A stretch of 64,000 nt of DNA from Candidatus Giovannonibacteria bacterium RIFOXYD1_FULL_48_21 (GTDB lineage: Bacteria > Patescibacteriota > Minisyncoccia > JACPKW01 > UBA11713), in NCBI GenBank assembly GCA_001778985.1, contig MFIU01000002.1, forward strand, positions 57,826 to 121,825. The letters are read 5' to 3'. The notes beneath the pieces were generated by a model that was not told the origin of the DNA, made no database searches, and worked only from the letters and a program-made list of their open reading frames with translations. The position numbers were made by a program, and so were the translations under genes. Below are positions 36,047-46,039 of this stretch, one piece after another. The first letter of the stretch is position 1. Each line of letters opens with the position of its first letter.

Positions 36047-36581
36047 AGATAAATTTATTTTAGTTTTGATAGTTATTATTGCGGCGGTAAGTGTCATACT
36101 GCGCTTGCTGCCGCATATGCCGAACTTCGCGCCCATCGGCGCCTTGGCACTATTTGCTGGGCTGTACTCTACGCGTAAGTTGTGGTTTCTCATTCCTCTC
36201 GCGGTGATGTTCATAAGCGATATTTTCATAGGTTTTTATGACTGGCAGATTATGTCTGCTGTCTACTTGAGTTTTTTGGCTTATGCGGTGATTGGCAGAG
36301 TCGTCAAAAATAACAAGTCTGTTTTTACGGTCGCGGGCGGAACATTCGCCGGAGCGTTACTTTTTTATGTTACAACCAACTTCGCCGTTTGGGCTTTTTC
36401 GGGAATGTATCCTCATACACTCCAAGGGTTAATCTTATGCTACGAAATGGCGCTGCCATTCTTTAGAAATACTTTATTAGGGGACTTATTCTATGTGGGA
36501 GCGTTCGTTGGCGCTTACGAATTGGCTTATAAACTTTTAGCTTCACAAATGCGCTTAGCCTTGAAGGCTCAAATTAATTAA
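36015..36581 (+). CDS. Six-TM small membrane protein, putative ECF-S-component-like / BtuM-CbrT-like transporter
   Basis: About 185 aa and 6 predicted TM helices. Last gene of the riboswitch-led cluster. The ATG at 36033 is a possible true start. Confidence 0.35.
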   Translation: MNGNLQMNSNKDKFILVLIVIIAAVSVILRLLPHMPNFAPIGALALFAGLYSTRKLWFLIPLAVMFISDIFIGFYDWQIMSAVYLSFLAYAVIGRVVKNNKSVFTVAGGTFAGALLFYVTTNFAVWAFSGMYPHTLQGLILCYEMALPFFRNTLLGDLFYVGAFVGAYELAYKLLASQMRLALKAQIN

Positions 36582-36602
36582 CCCACACTCTTAGGCGTTT
36601 GA

Positions 36603-37349
36603 ATGGAAAAAATACAAAAAGCTATATTTTGTTGGAGTGGAGGGAAAGACTCTTCGTATTGCTTGTACAAAGTTTTAACGGAAAAATTATTCGATGTGAA
36701 GTATCTGCTTACTACCATCAATGGTAAATTTAAAAGAATTTCAATGCACGGAGTGAGGGAAGAATTATTAGATAATCAAGCCGAATCAATCGGCATTCCG
36801 CTCTTGAAAGTAAGAGTAACCGAAGGCACAAATGACGAGTACGAAAAACAAATGGAAACAGTTTTGCTAAAAGTAAAATCGGAAGGAATCAACAATGTAA
36901 TCTTTGGTGATATCTTTTTGGAAGGTTTAAGAATATACCGTGAAAATAATTTAGCAAAGGTGGGAATGAAAGGAATTTTTCCAATATGGAAAGTAAGCAC
37001 AACAAATCTCTTAAATGATTTTATCAACCGACAATTCAACGCTGTGATATGTTGCGCCAATGACGGATATCTTGGAGAAGAATGGATAGGAAGGGAAATA
37101 GACAAATCATTTATAGAACAATTACCTGCTACTGTCGATCCTTGCGGAGAAAACGGAGAGTACCACACGTTTTGTTATGATGGACCTCTGTTCAAAAAGA
37201 AAATCAGTTTTACGGTGGGTGAAAAAGTTTATAGAGCACTGGAAATAAAAACAGACGATGTTTGCACTCTGCCATTAAATGTGACAACAAAGGGATTTTG
37301 GTTTTGCGATTTATTATCTAAACCGACCAGTGGACGAGGGAGGATTTGA
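36603..37349 (+). CDS. PP-loop ATP pyrophosphatase, Dph6/MJ0570 (DUF71) family
   Basis: CWSGGKDS PP-loop and the GENGEYHTF motif typical of the diphthine-ammonia ligase-like family. Confidence 0.7.
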   Translation: MEKIQKAIFCWSGGKDSSYCLYKVLTEKLFDVKYLLTTINGKFKRISMHGVREELLDNQAESIGIPLLKVRVTEGTNDEYEKQMETVLLKVKSEGINNVIFGDIFLEGLRIYRENNLAKVGMKGIFPIWKVSTTNLLNDFINRQFNAVICCANDGYLGEEWIGREIDKSFIEQLPATVDPCGENGEYHTFCYDGPLFKKKISFTVGEKVYRALEIKTDDVCTLPLNVTTKGFWFCDLLSKPTSGRGRI

Positions 37350-37405
37350 ACCTCCGACCCCGTCATTATCAGTGACGTGCTCTAACCAGGCTGAGCTACT
37401 CGTCC
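37331..37405 (-). tRNA. tRNA-Ile (anticodon GAT)
   Basis: Reverse complement is GGACGAGTAGCTCAGCCTGGTTAGAGCACGTCACTGATAATGACGGGGTCGGAGGTTCAAATCCTCCCTCGTCCA. Anticodon loop CTGATAA. Lies 3' of the 16S, as in rrn spacers. Confidence 0.7.
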
Positions 37406-37450
37406 AATAGAAAAAGCACCTCTGCAAAAGTTACTTTTTAAAAAACGGCG

Positions 37451-37633
37451 TTATTTGTTTTTCGCGGCGAAATCTTTCGAAACCACTCGCCAGGCCTCGT
37501 GCGGCCCGGAGGGAGCCTTGGTGACGGCGAAAAACCGGCCGCTCTTCTCCCGGATGGTATACTCGCTGGCCATGAACGGCTGTCTGGTTTTCACATCCAG
37601 AAATTTCAATTCTTCCTTGTCGCCTTTTGGCAT
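37451..37633 (-). CDS. Small ORF (60 aa) within the 16S-tRNA-Ile spacer
   Basis: ORF only. No ribosome-binding site. Confidence 0.2.
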   Translation of the reverse strand: MPKGDKEELKFLDVKTRQPFMASEYTIREKSGRFFAVTKAPSGPHEAWRVVSKDFAAKNK

Positions 37634-37766
37634 AGTTTAAAAATTCTTTATATGCCCTGCCTGCTGGCAGGCAGATTCGACCTTCTTTATAAGTTTAAGC
37701 TAAATTCTCTCTTTTGTCCCGTTCAGCCGAGATTTTAGCCTGCCTGCCGGCAGGCAGGGCTCCTCG

Positions 37767-37830
37767 CCCCGTTAGAAATCCGAAAACCTTCGAATTCCTC
37801 TCAGGGCTCGCCCCGTGATTTCTAACGGGG
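37767..37830. repeat. Hairpin element D: CCCCGTTAGAAAT ... (38-nt loop) ... ATTTCTAACGGGG in the 16S 3' spacer
   Basis: 13-bp stem. The loop contains a partial extra copy (CTCGCCCCGTGA). The CTGCCTG-CYGG-CAGGCAG hairpins at 37655-37675 and 37740-37760 lie upstream, not adjacent. Confidence 0.65.
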
Positions 37831-37883
37831 CTCGGCCAACACCTTAATCAATCAAGTTTCGACCTAGACTTATAGTCTTAAAT

Positions 37884-39375
<1,492 letters not shown>

Positions 39376-39551
39376 GAATTTGAACGGGACAAAAGAGAAA
39401 ATTTCTTTTGTTTATTGTGTGTTCTAGATTTTTAATGTTCTGGCAAAATAAACCCGCGATGAGCTTCGCCTAAAAACCCATCGCGGATTTACTTCTTAAT
39501 TTTCAAGTTGTTTAAGCTGTCGTATACCTCATATTAATCCGCCCTACCTAC

Positions 39552-39581
39552 TTGTCAAGTATCTAAATTATAAAGTATAAT
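39552..39581 (+). promoter_or_regulatory. Sigma70-like promoter: TTGTCA, 18-nt spacer, TATAAT
   Basis: The -35/-10 spacing is 18 nt. GGGAGG ribosome-binding site and ATG (39607) lie downstream. The product ORF is doubtful. Confidence 0.35.
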
Positions 39582-39706
39582 CAAGGAAAACACAAGGGAG
39601 GAGAAAATGAAGCGTTTAAAATTTGCGGCTTTAATCGTACTCTGGCTGATACTCCTTATTGGCTACAAACTGATTATTGACTATCGCGGCCGTGAACCAG
39701 CTCCCC

Positions 39707-40369
39707 TCATAAGGGAGCTCTTCTTTTATGGCGTTCCCGCCACGCTTCAACTTTTTTATGATTTCCGGAGAGTAAAATTTTCGGGACGGAATATTTTTTT
39801 CCTTGCCAGTTTAAAATTTCCGGACGGGTATAGGCCGGAACGCCCACGCCGTAGCGTTTTTCTTCCAGCGATTCGGCCCTGCCTAAAACGCCGGGAACAT
39901 GCCGCGAAACCGCGTCCACCACAATCATCGCCGGAAGTTCGCCCCCAGTCAAAACATATGGACCGGCGGAGACTTCTTCTGCTTTAAGAGTTTTCCGAAC
40001 CCGTTCATCAATCCCCTCATAGCGCCCGGATATTAAAATTATGTTTTTGCATTTTTTAGACCAGTCGTAGGCCATTTTTTGCGTGAACTGCTTGCCCTTG
40101 GCCGAGAGCAGAATAATTTTTGCTTTCGGACCTGATTTCATTTTTTGGACTGCTCGCAAAATAGGCTCCGCTTGTAGCACCATCCCCGCTCCCCCGCCGT
40201 AGGGCTTGTCATCAACTTTTTTGTGTTTATCCTTCGTAAAATCCCGCAGATTCCAGGTTTTAATCTGGATTTTCTTTTTTTCTATCGCACGCTTAATAAT
40301 CGACTCCGAAAAATAGGAATCAAAGATATGCGGAAATATTGTAATTATATCAAACCTAATCCTTGACAT
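39707..40369 (-). CDS. trmD: tRNA (guanine37-N1)-methyltransferase
   Basis: SPOUT fold. C-terminal LLSGNHKKVEAWR matches TrmD (E. coli LLSGNHAEIRRWR). Confidence 0.85.
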   Translation of the reverse strand: MSRIRFDIITIFPHIFDSYFSESIIKRAIEKKKIQIKTWNLRDFTKDKHKKVDDKPYGGGAGMVLQAEPILRAVQKMKSGPKAKIILLSAKGKQFTQKMAYDWSKKCKNIILISGRYEGIDERVRKTLKAEEVSAGPYVLTGGELPAMIVVDAVSRHVPGVLGRAESLEEKRYGVGVPAYTRPEILNWQGKKYSVPKILLSGNHKKVEAWRERHKRRAPL

Positions 40370-40413
40370 ATTTTAGATTATAGGACGGCCTTTTGTTTTT
40401 AGTTATCAAATTG

Positions 40414-41145
40414 ACAAAACTGGCAAACATTCAATGTTCGCCATAATCTAATAAATACCCTTTTTCTAATTTTTCTTTGATGGGAGTATCCTCCACAAAA
40501 TTTCTATATTCATACCCATTTTCAAACTGCTCAAGTATAATCGGATTGCTCAAAAGTTGACCCCACCTATTTTCTTTAACAAAATCCTGAAAACTAGACC
40601 ACGGATATTCAATCTCTTTCCCTCTCCATTTCGCAAGTTCCCGTGGATTAAGGTGAATATAGGCCGAAAGATAATTTAGATATTCATTTTTATCTATGTG
40701 AATTGATTGAAATCGTCCGCCAAACAAATGACCGCTACGGCCATGACGCAAATTAAAGTACTTGGTATAAGCATCGGCCAGGCGCTGCATAAATTTCGAA
40801 ATACCGCCTTCTTGCGTTTCTTTCAAAATAAAGTGGAAATGATTGAGCATGAGGCAGAAGCAAATTAACTCAATTTTCCTATCTTTCAAAGTATCTTGAA
40901 AAAAATCAATGTCAAACCTTCGATGTTTGGCAAAAGGGACTAGACGAGAAATATGAGAATGAAATACGTCACCTTGAAACGCCATAAGCAAAGTTATAAA
41001 GCGCCATCTGTCTGCATCATCAATAAAGATTAAGCGTTTCTCAACACCGCGGTTATAAACGTGATAATATTCTCCTTCTCCTATGCGCCGGCTCATATGT
41101 TTATATTAATACACAACTGGCAAACATTGAATGTTTGCCAGTTTA
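40414..41145. mobile_element. IS200/IS605-family-like element 1 (HuH-Y1 transposase flanked by subterminal palindromes)
   Basis: Near-palindrome GGCAAACATTCAATGTTCGCC at 40423-40443 and perfect palindrome GGCAAACATTGAATGTTTGCC at 41119-41139. Both are preceded by AACTGG and sit in the same orientation. Confidence 0.6.
40431..41096 (-). CDS. tnpA: IS200-like HuH tyrosine (Y1) transposase / RAYT-like protein
   Basis: HuH motif LMLNHFHFIL. Tyr in SAYIHLNPRE. N-terminal GEYYHVYNRG. Paralog at 46059..46715. Confidence 0.65.
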   Translation of the reverse strand: MSRRIGEGEYYHVYNRGVEKRLIFIDDADRWRFITLLMAFQGDVFHSHISRLVPFAKHRRFDIDFFQDTLKDRKIELICFCLMLNHFHFILKETQEGGISKFMQRLADAYTKYFNLRHGRSGHLFGGRFQSIHIDKNEYLNYLSAYIHLNPRELAKWRGKEIEYPWSSFQDFVKENRWGQLLSNPIILEQFENGYEYRNFVEDTPIKEKLEKGYLLDYGEH

Positions 41146-41157
41146 GCAACGTCGAAA

Positions 41158-41192
41158 CAAAAACCGCCCTGAGCTTGTCGAACGGGCGGTTT
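41158..41192 (-). terminator. Rho-independent terminator after the rpsP-KH unit
   Basis: AAAACCGCCC...GGGCGGTTTT hairpin. Minus-strand reading is followed by TTTTTGTTTCG. Confidence 0.5.
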
Positions 41193-41214
41193 TCGCGAAA
41201 GAATCCAATTTAGA

Positions 41215-41538
41215 TTACAATTTCAAGTCTTCCATGACTTGGTCCATACCGCTGGCGCCCCCGCTCCTCGGAGGGCGAGTGCTTCCTTCCGGCTCTTCAA
41301 TCTTGAGGTTCACGCGGGCGTGGTTTTTCATTCCCACGACCCGAAGAAGAGTACGGATGGCCTTCGCGGTATTTCCGCTCCGTCCGATTATCTTTCCCAT
41401 GTCAGCCGGATTGAGTTTGAGGGTAAGTAAAACTCCCATCTCATCAACCGCGCGGGAAACTTTCACGTCAGACGGATTATCAACCAGGGACTTCACGGTA
41501 AATTCGAGAAATTCCTGATCTCCGTATTTTTCAGCCAT
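41215..41538 (-). CDS. KH-domain RNA-binding protein (UPF0109 / YlqC-like)
   Basis: KIIGRSGNTAKAIRTL is the KH GxxG loop. Conserved position after rpsP. Confidence 0.75.
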   Translation of the reverse strand: MAEKYGDQEFLEFTVKSLVDNPSDVKVSRAVDEMGVLLTLKLNPADMGKIIGRSGNTAKAIRTLLRVVGMKNHARVNLKIEEPEGSTRPPRSGGASGMDQVMEDLKL

Positions 41539-41614
41539 TTCTTAAAATTTCTTTAAAATACACCTATAAAATCGACCGGTATATTTTTGAAGTATAGCGG
41601 ATTTAGGAAAGATG

Positions 41615-41926
41615 TCAAGCGGCAGAAACTGGAGCGGCAACACTCTCGGCCGGAGTCTTCGGCTTCTTGGATACATCTATCGTTGAACCTGAAAATATTC
41701 CTTTTTTCACCAAAAGATTATGGACCGTATCCGAGGTTTTGGCGCCTTTCGAAAGCCAATACTGAATACGTTCCGCCTTCAACTGCGGCTCGCCTTTGCG
41801 GGCATCATATGAGCCGACAATCTCAACAAACTTCCCGCTCTTGGTGGAGTTTCTGGAATCCGTAACCACGACTCGAAACGACGGGTCGTTCTTCCTCCCT
41901 ACGCGCTGAAGTCGAATCATCAACAT
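41615..41926 (-). CDS. rpsP: 30S ribosomal protein S16
   Basis: MLMIRLQRVGRKNDPSFRVVVTDSR is the S16 signature. Confidence 0.9.
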   Translation of the reverse strand: MLMIRLQRVGRKNDPSFRVVVTDSRNSTKSGKFVEIVGSYDARKGEPQLKAERIQYWLSKGAKTSDTVHNLLVKKGIFSGSTIDVSKKPKTPAESVAAPVSAA

Positions 41927-41958
41927 GGTTTCTAGGTTACTAAATCTGCTTTAAAAAA

Positions 41959-44151
41959 TCAACTCACCAGCGCCCCCGCTTCTTCAAACTTAATAGATAA
42001 TAATTTTGAAACTCCGTCCGAACCCATGGTGACGCCGTAGAGAATGCCAGCGTATTTCATGGTGGTGCGGTTATGGGTTATGACGATAAGCTGGGTGGTT
42101 TTGGACAAGTCTTCCAGCATTTTGGCGTAACGCTGGGAATTTGCTTCGTCGAGCGCGGCGTCGGTTTCATCCAAAACCAAAAAAGGCGGCGGATGCACCG
42201 CGGACACGGCGAATAGAAGCGCGATAGAAGTCAGCGCCCGCTCCCCTCCAGAGAGCATCTCAAGAGATTTTATTCGCTTTCGCGGCAGATCCACGCTGAT
42301 GTCTATACCTTCTTCAACTTCCTCAACTTCGCCGCTCTCCTCGCTTTCATCACTCTCTTTTCTATGCGTCTTCTCAATCACTTTCAAGCTCGCTTTCCCG
42401 CCTCCGAACATAGTATGAAAGAATTTTTGGAACTCTTCATTTATTTTCGAAACCCCGGACTTGAAATCATGCTTCAATCTATCTTCCAGTTCTTTCATAA
42501 CTTCCCGAAGTTTTTCTCTCGACTCAGTCAGGTCGGAAAGCTCTTTGTCCAAAAATTCATCCCGGGAAGAAATCTCCCGATATTCCTTAAGAACCGCCGG
42601 GTCGATGCCGCCCGCCTCCTCCAGCTTGATTTTTATCCGCTCGAGCTTCTTTCTAAAATCCTCTAGCTCCTCCGGCGAGGAAAATGGCTCACCCTTCGCG
42701 ATTTCGCCGCCGGTATAGGCCCTAGCCTCCTCCAGCTCCCGCCCGTATTCGTCCCTGAGAAGCTTTACTTTCTCCTCCTCAAGTTCAATTGAACGCAGGG
42801 CGTCCTTAAGTTTCCCTGCCTCAAGCTCCAGGTGATAAAATCGTTTTTCGTCCTTTCGGGTTTCCTCGGCTTCCTTCCTCGCTCGCGAAGCCTCCCGCTC
42901 ATACTCCTCGGAAAGTTCCCTGCCCTCTTTCTGCAATCTCTCAATTTTTAATTTGAGTTCCGAAAGCCCCTTCTTATTATCTTCCAGGCTGAACTCTCCT
43001 GTCTTCTTTTGCCCGGGCAGATTTTGCAAAAATTCAAACACGCTTTTCTTTATATCCCCCAGTATCGCCAAAATTTTCTCCAAGGCGTTTTCTTTCAAGG
43101 CTTGGTCAACGCGCTGGGTAAGGGCGCTAAGAATCTTCTCCACGTCTTTTTTAGGAACAACCTCCTCAACCGCTCTGTTTGACCCTCGCTCCTGGACCGC
43201 GATAACGCCCTCCAGGCGCCCCAATTCCCGAAGTGAGGCCATCTCGTCCTCGCGCGCTTTTTTAAGTTTTTCCTCGAGCAATTTATTCCGCCCCGGCTCT
43301 TTTGCCTCCTTTTTCTCTTCGCGCTCGATGCGTTCCCGCACCGAGGCGATTTCCGATTCTATTTTTTTGAGCTCCGAGGCGGGCCCGTGCTTTCTCTCCC
43401 CAACTTCGCGCCCTCTTTGGTCTATCATCGCCAGTTTTCGCGAAAGGTAAATTTGGAATTCGGATTTCAATTTTTCACGGAGCTCGGATGCTACCTTAAA
43501 TTTTTCCGCCTGCGATTTTAAAAATTTCAAATGCGGCTGAATTTCTTTCCTCAAAGCTTCCACCTGCTGGATGTTTTCGCTGGCGCGCTCGAGTTTTCGT
43601 CCCGCCTCCATTCTCCTCAAATGAAAAATCTTGAGACCCAAGGCGTCTTCAATCATTTCCCTCCGCTCGGAGGGGGAAGAATATAAAATTCGGTCGGCCT
43701 CGCCTTGCCCGATGATGTGATGCTGGGAAGAGCCGAAGCCGACTTTGGCCAGAAGTTCCACGATATCCTTCAACCGGACCTCTGAACCGTTTATTAAGTA
43801 ATCGTTTAAACCATCGCGGTAAACCCTCCGTCCGATAGAGACTTCCTCAAATCCGCCTGCGCGGGCAGGTTCCAGAGGAAACTCCCGGCCGGCGTTGTCG
43901 AAAACCAGAACCGCCGAAGCCTTGGGCATTCTGGAGACATTGCTTGAACCGGCAAAAATTAAATCCTCGCCCCTTTTTCCCCGAAGCGATTTTATAGATT
44001 GCTCCCCCAGAACCCAGCGAATCGCGTCAGCCACGTTGGATTTGCCGGAGCCATTGGGGCCGACCACGGCCGAAATAGGTACCGGAAATTCCAAAAGCGT
44101 ATTCTTGGCGAAAGACTTGAAACCAGAAAGCTCCAAACGTTTCAACTGCAT
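41959..44151 (-). CDS. smc: SMC-family chromosome segregation ATPase (short, 730 aa)
   Basis: N-terminal Walker A (VVGPNGSGKSNVADAIRWVLGE). C-terminal signature/Walker B (LSGGERALTSIALLF...LVLDETDAALD). Long coiled coil. Confidence 0.8.
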   Translation of the reverse strand: MQLKRLELSGFKSFAKNTLLEFPVPISAVVGPNGSGKSNVADAIRWVLGEQSIKSLRGKRGEDLIFAGSSNVSRMPKASAVLVFDNAGREFPLEPARAGGFEEVSIGRRVYRDGLNDYLINGSEVRLKDIVELLAKVGFGSSQHHIIGQGEADRILYSSPSERREMIEDALGLKIFHLRRMEAGRKLERASENIQQVEALRKEIQPHLKFLKSQAEKFKVASELREKLKSEFQIYLSRKLAMIDQRGREVGERKHGPASELKKIESEIASVRERIEREEKKEAKEPGRNKLLEEKLKKAREDEMASLRELGRLEGVIAVQERGSNRAVEEVVPKKDVEKILSALTQRVDQALKENALEKILAILGDIKKSVFEFLQNLPGQKKTGEFSLEDNKKGLSELKLKIERLQKEGRELSEEYEREASRARKEAEETRKDEKRFYHLELEAGKLKDALRSIELEEEKVKLLRDEYGRELEEARAYTGGEIAKGEPFSSPEELEDFRKKLERIKIKLEEAGGIDPAVLKEYREISSRDEFLDKELSDLTESREKLREVMKELEDRLKHDFKSGVSKINEEFQKFFHTMFGGGKASLKVIEKTHRKESDESEESGEVEEVEEGIDISVDLPRKRIKSLEMLSGGERALTSIALLFAVSAVHPPPFLVLDETDAALDEANSQRYAKMLEDLSKTTQLIVITHNRTTMKYAGILYGVTMGSDGVSKLLSIKFEEAGALVS

Positions 44152-44155
44152 CGCT

Positions 44156-44848
44156 TTAGTTCCAGCCCTTTAGTTTTAAGGCGGCCTCGGCGGCGCGCCT
44201 CTCCCCTTCTTGTTTGGAAGCGCCTTCGCCTTCGGCCACTAAATTTTTACCGAGATAAACCCCGACGATAAAATGTTTGTTGTGGTCCGGCCCCCATTCT
44301 TTCAGCACTTCGTAACTTGGGGTAAGGCCCGCTGTTTCCTGGGCTTTTTCCTGAAAGAGGCTCTTGGGGTCGCGGAAAAGTTTTTTGGAAATAACTTCTC
44401 CAGTCTTGGTCAGGACGTGTTTTTCAATAAATTTCTCGGCCGCCAGGTAACCCCGGTCGAGATAAATGGCGCCGATTAGAGCTTCAAAAGTATTGGCTAA
44501 AATATACTGCCGGGCTCGTCCCAAATCTTTGGCCTCTCCCCGCGACAATAAAAGATAATCGTTAAGCCCCATGTCTTGGGCGATTTCGGAAAGCATGTTG
44601 GCGTTCACCAAAGCGGCCCGCAGGCTCGTCAGCTCGCCTTCAGGTTTTTCCGGAAATTTCAAAAAAAGATATTCGGTGACTATCAATTCCAAAACCGCGT
44701 CCCCTAAAAACTCCAGGCGCTCGTTATGCTCGATTCCCCAGGCCGGATTTTCGTTCAAGTAAGAACGATGGGTGAAGGCTTCCTTAAGCCGGGTCTGATT
44801 TTTGAATTCTACGCCGATTTGATTTTCTAATTTCGAAAAATTGGTCAT
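44156..44848 (-). CDS. rnc: Ribonuclease III
   Basis: ERLEFLGDAVLEL RNase III signature and a C-terminal dsRBD. Confidence 0.9.
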   Translation of the reverse strand: MTNFSKLENQIGVEFKNQTRLKEAFTHRSYLNENPAWGIEHNERLEFLGDAVLELIVTEYLFLKFPEKPEGELTSLRAALVNANMLSEIAQDMGLNDYLLLSRGEAKDLGRARQYILANTFEALIGAIYLDRGYLAAEKFIEKHVLTKTGEVISKKLFRDPKSLFQEKAQETAGLTPSYEVLKEWGPDHNKHFIVGVYLGKNLVAEGEGASKQEGERRAAEAALKLKGWN

Positions 44849-45735
44849 GGTTTGATAAGCTTCAAAGCTTTAGTGAGCAGAGGTTTTATATCCGGATAAG
44901 TTTTTAGGCCCTCAAAATCTTCGGGCGCGAACCAGGCCGCGCCGTCCAAACCGCCGGAAGGAGCGAGTTTAAGTTCTTCATCCCTGGTTTCGCCTAAAAA
45001 ATAAATAACCCGGCGTCTCACCGGACCTTTTTCAGGGTCATTCGCCAGATATTCGGTCCGGCCCAACTCTGCTCCGAGCTCCAAACTCTCGATACCGAAT
45101 TCTTCTTTCACTTTCCGTTGCGCGGCCTGGAGGGCGTCTTCCCCAGGTTCCGGACTACCTTTGGACAAGGTCCAGTAGCCAAAGACGTCATGAACCAAAG
45201 CAAAAAGAATTTTTTTACCTTCTTTCCGAAAGACTACCGCGCCCGCTTTCTCTTCTATCGGCAGGTCCTCGAGGTTGGCCGGAATTTTTTTTCGGGAAGT
45301 TTCGTCCTTGCCCGGCTCGCCAATCTCGCGATAGACCGTGCCCAAAACTCCGTTTATGAATTTTCCGGACGAATCGGAACCAAAGGTTTTGGCGAGCTCA
45401 ATCGCTTCATTGATGGCCACCTTGGGCGGAACCTCCCGACGATTGCCGAACAAAAGTTCGTAAAGCCCCAGACGCAAAACGTTCCGGTCCACGAGCGCGA
45501 CCTGCTCCAAGGGCCATTCCGGAGCGGCCTTCTCAATAATCGAGTCAATTTTTTCTCGATTCTTAAGAACGCCCTCCACGAGCTCTTTCACGAAAGTTTG
45601 ATCCTCGAGCCCCGGCGCGAATTCCTTCACGTTGTGCCCCACAATCTTTCCAACCTCGCCGTCTTTCTTTCCCCCAAAATCCCATTCAAACAAAGACTGC
45701 ATTGCGAGGGAGCGGGCCAAATGCCTATTCGCCAT
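44845..45735 (-). CDS. nusB: NusB-NUDIX hydrolase fusion protein
   Basis: Residues 1-145 are NusB-like (ARSLAMQSLFEWDF...). The C-terminal half carries a Nudix box (GSPEPGEDALQAAQRKVKEEFGI). Confidence 0.7.
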   Translation of the reverse strand: MANRHLARSLAMQSLFEWDFGGKKDGEVGKIVGHNVKEFAPGLEDQTFVKELVEGVLKNREKIDSIIEKAAPEWPLEQVALVDRNVLRLGLYELLFGNRREVPPKVAINEAIELAKTFGSDSSGKFINGVLGTVYREIGEPGKDETSRKKIPANLEDLPIEEKAGAVVFRKEGKKILFALVHDVFGYWTLSKGSPEPGEDALQAAQRKVKEEFGIESLELGAELGRTEYLANDPEKGPVRRRVIYFLGETRDEELKLAPSGGLDGAAWFAPEDFEGLKTYPDIKPLLTKALKLIKP

Positions 45736-45760
45736 ATTTTAAATTTTTTAAATATTAGAA

Positions 45761-46033
45761 CTATTTTTCCGCGGCCTGTTGCAGTTCTTTCTCCTTTTTC
45801 TTGCGCTCCTTCTTGTCGAGCTTGGCCAGAACGTCAATCACCTGCCGCTCGCCGTAGTAGCCGCAGTTTAAACAGACGGCGTGCGGCTGTTTTTGAGCCC
45901 CGCAATGGGCGCACTTCGAAACCGCGCTCGCCTCCAACCCATGATGAGAGCGCCTCATATTGCGGTGCGATTTCGTATGTCTCATCCGAACTACCATAGA
46001 ATACACCCTACCACTCAAACGAATTTTTTGCAA
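45761..46033 (-). CDS. rpmF: 50S ribosomal protein L32
   Basis: Basic N-terminus (RHTKSHRNMRRSH) and a C..C...C..C zinc ribbon. Confidence 0.8.
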   Translation of the reverse strand: MQKIRLSGRVYSMVVRMRHTKSHRNMRRSHHGLEASAVSKCAHCGAQKQPHAVCLNCGYYGERQVIDVLAKLDKKERKKKEKELQQAAEK

Positions 46034-46039
46034 AAGCTC

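Noticed and set aside
39607-39987. 126-aa ORF downstream of a strong TTGTCA/TATAAT promoter and GGGAGG ribosome-binding site
   Set aside because: It overlaps about 280 nt of the well-supported trmD 3' end on the opposite strand. At most a short hydrophobic peptide (about 35 aa) could be real. It was not called.
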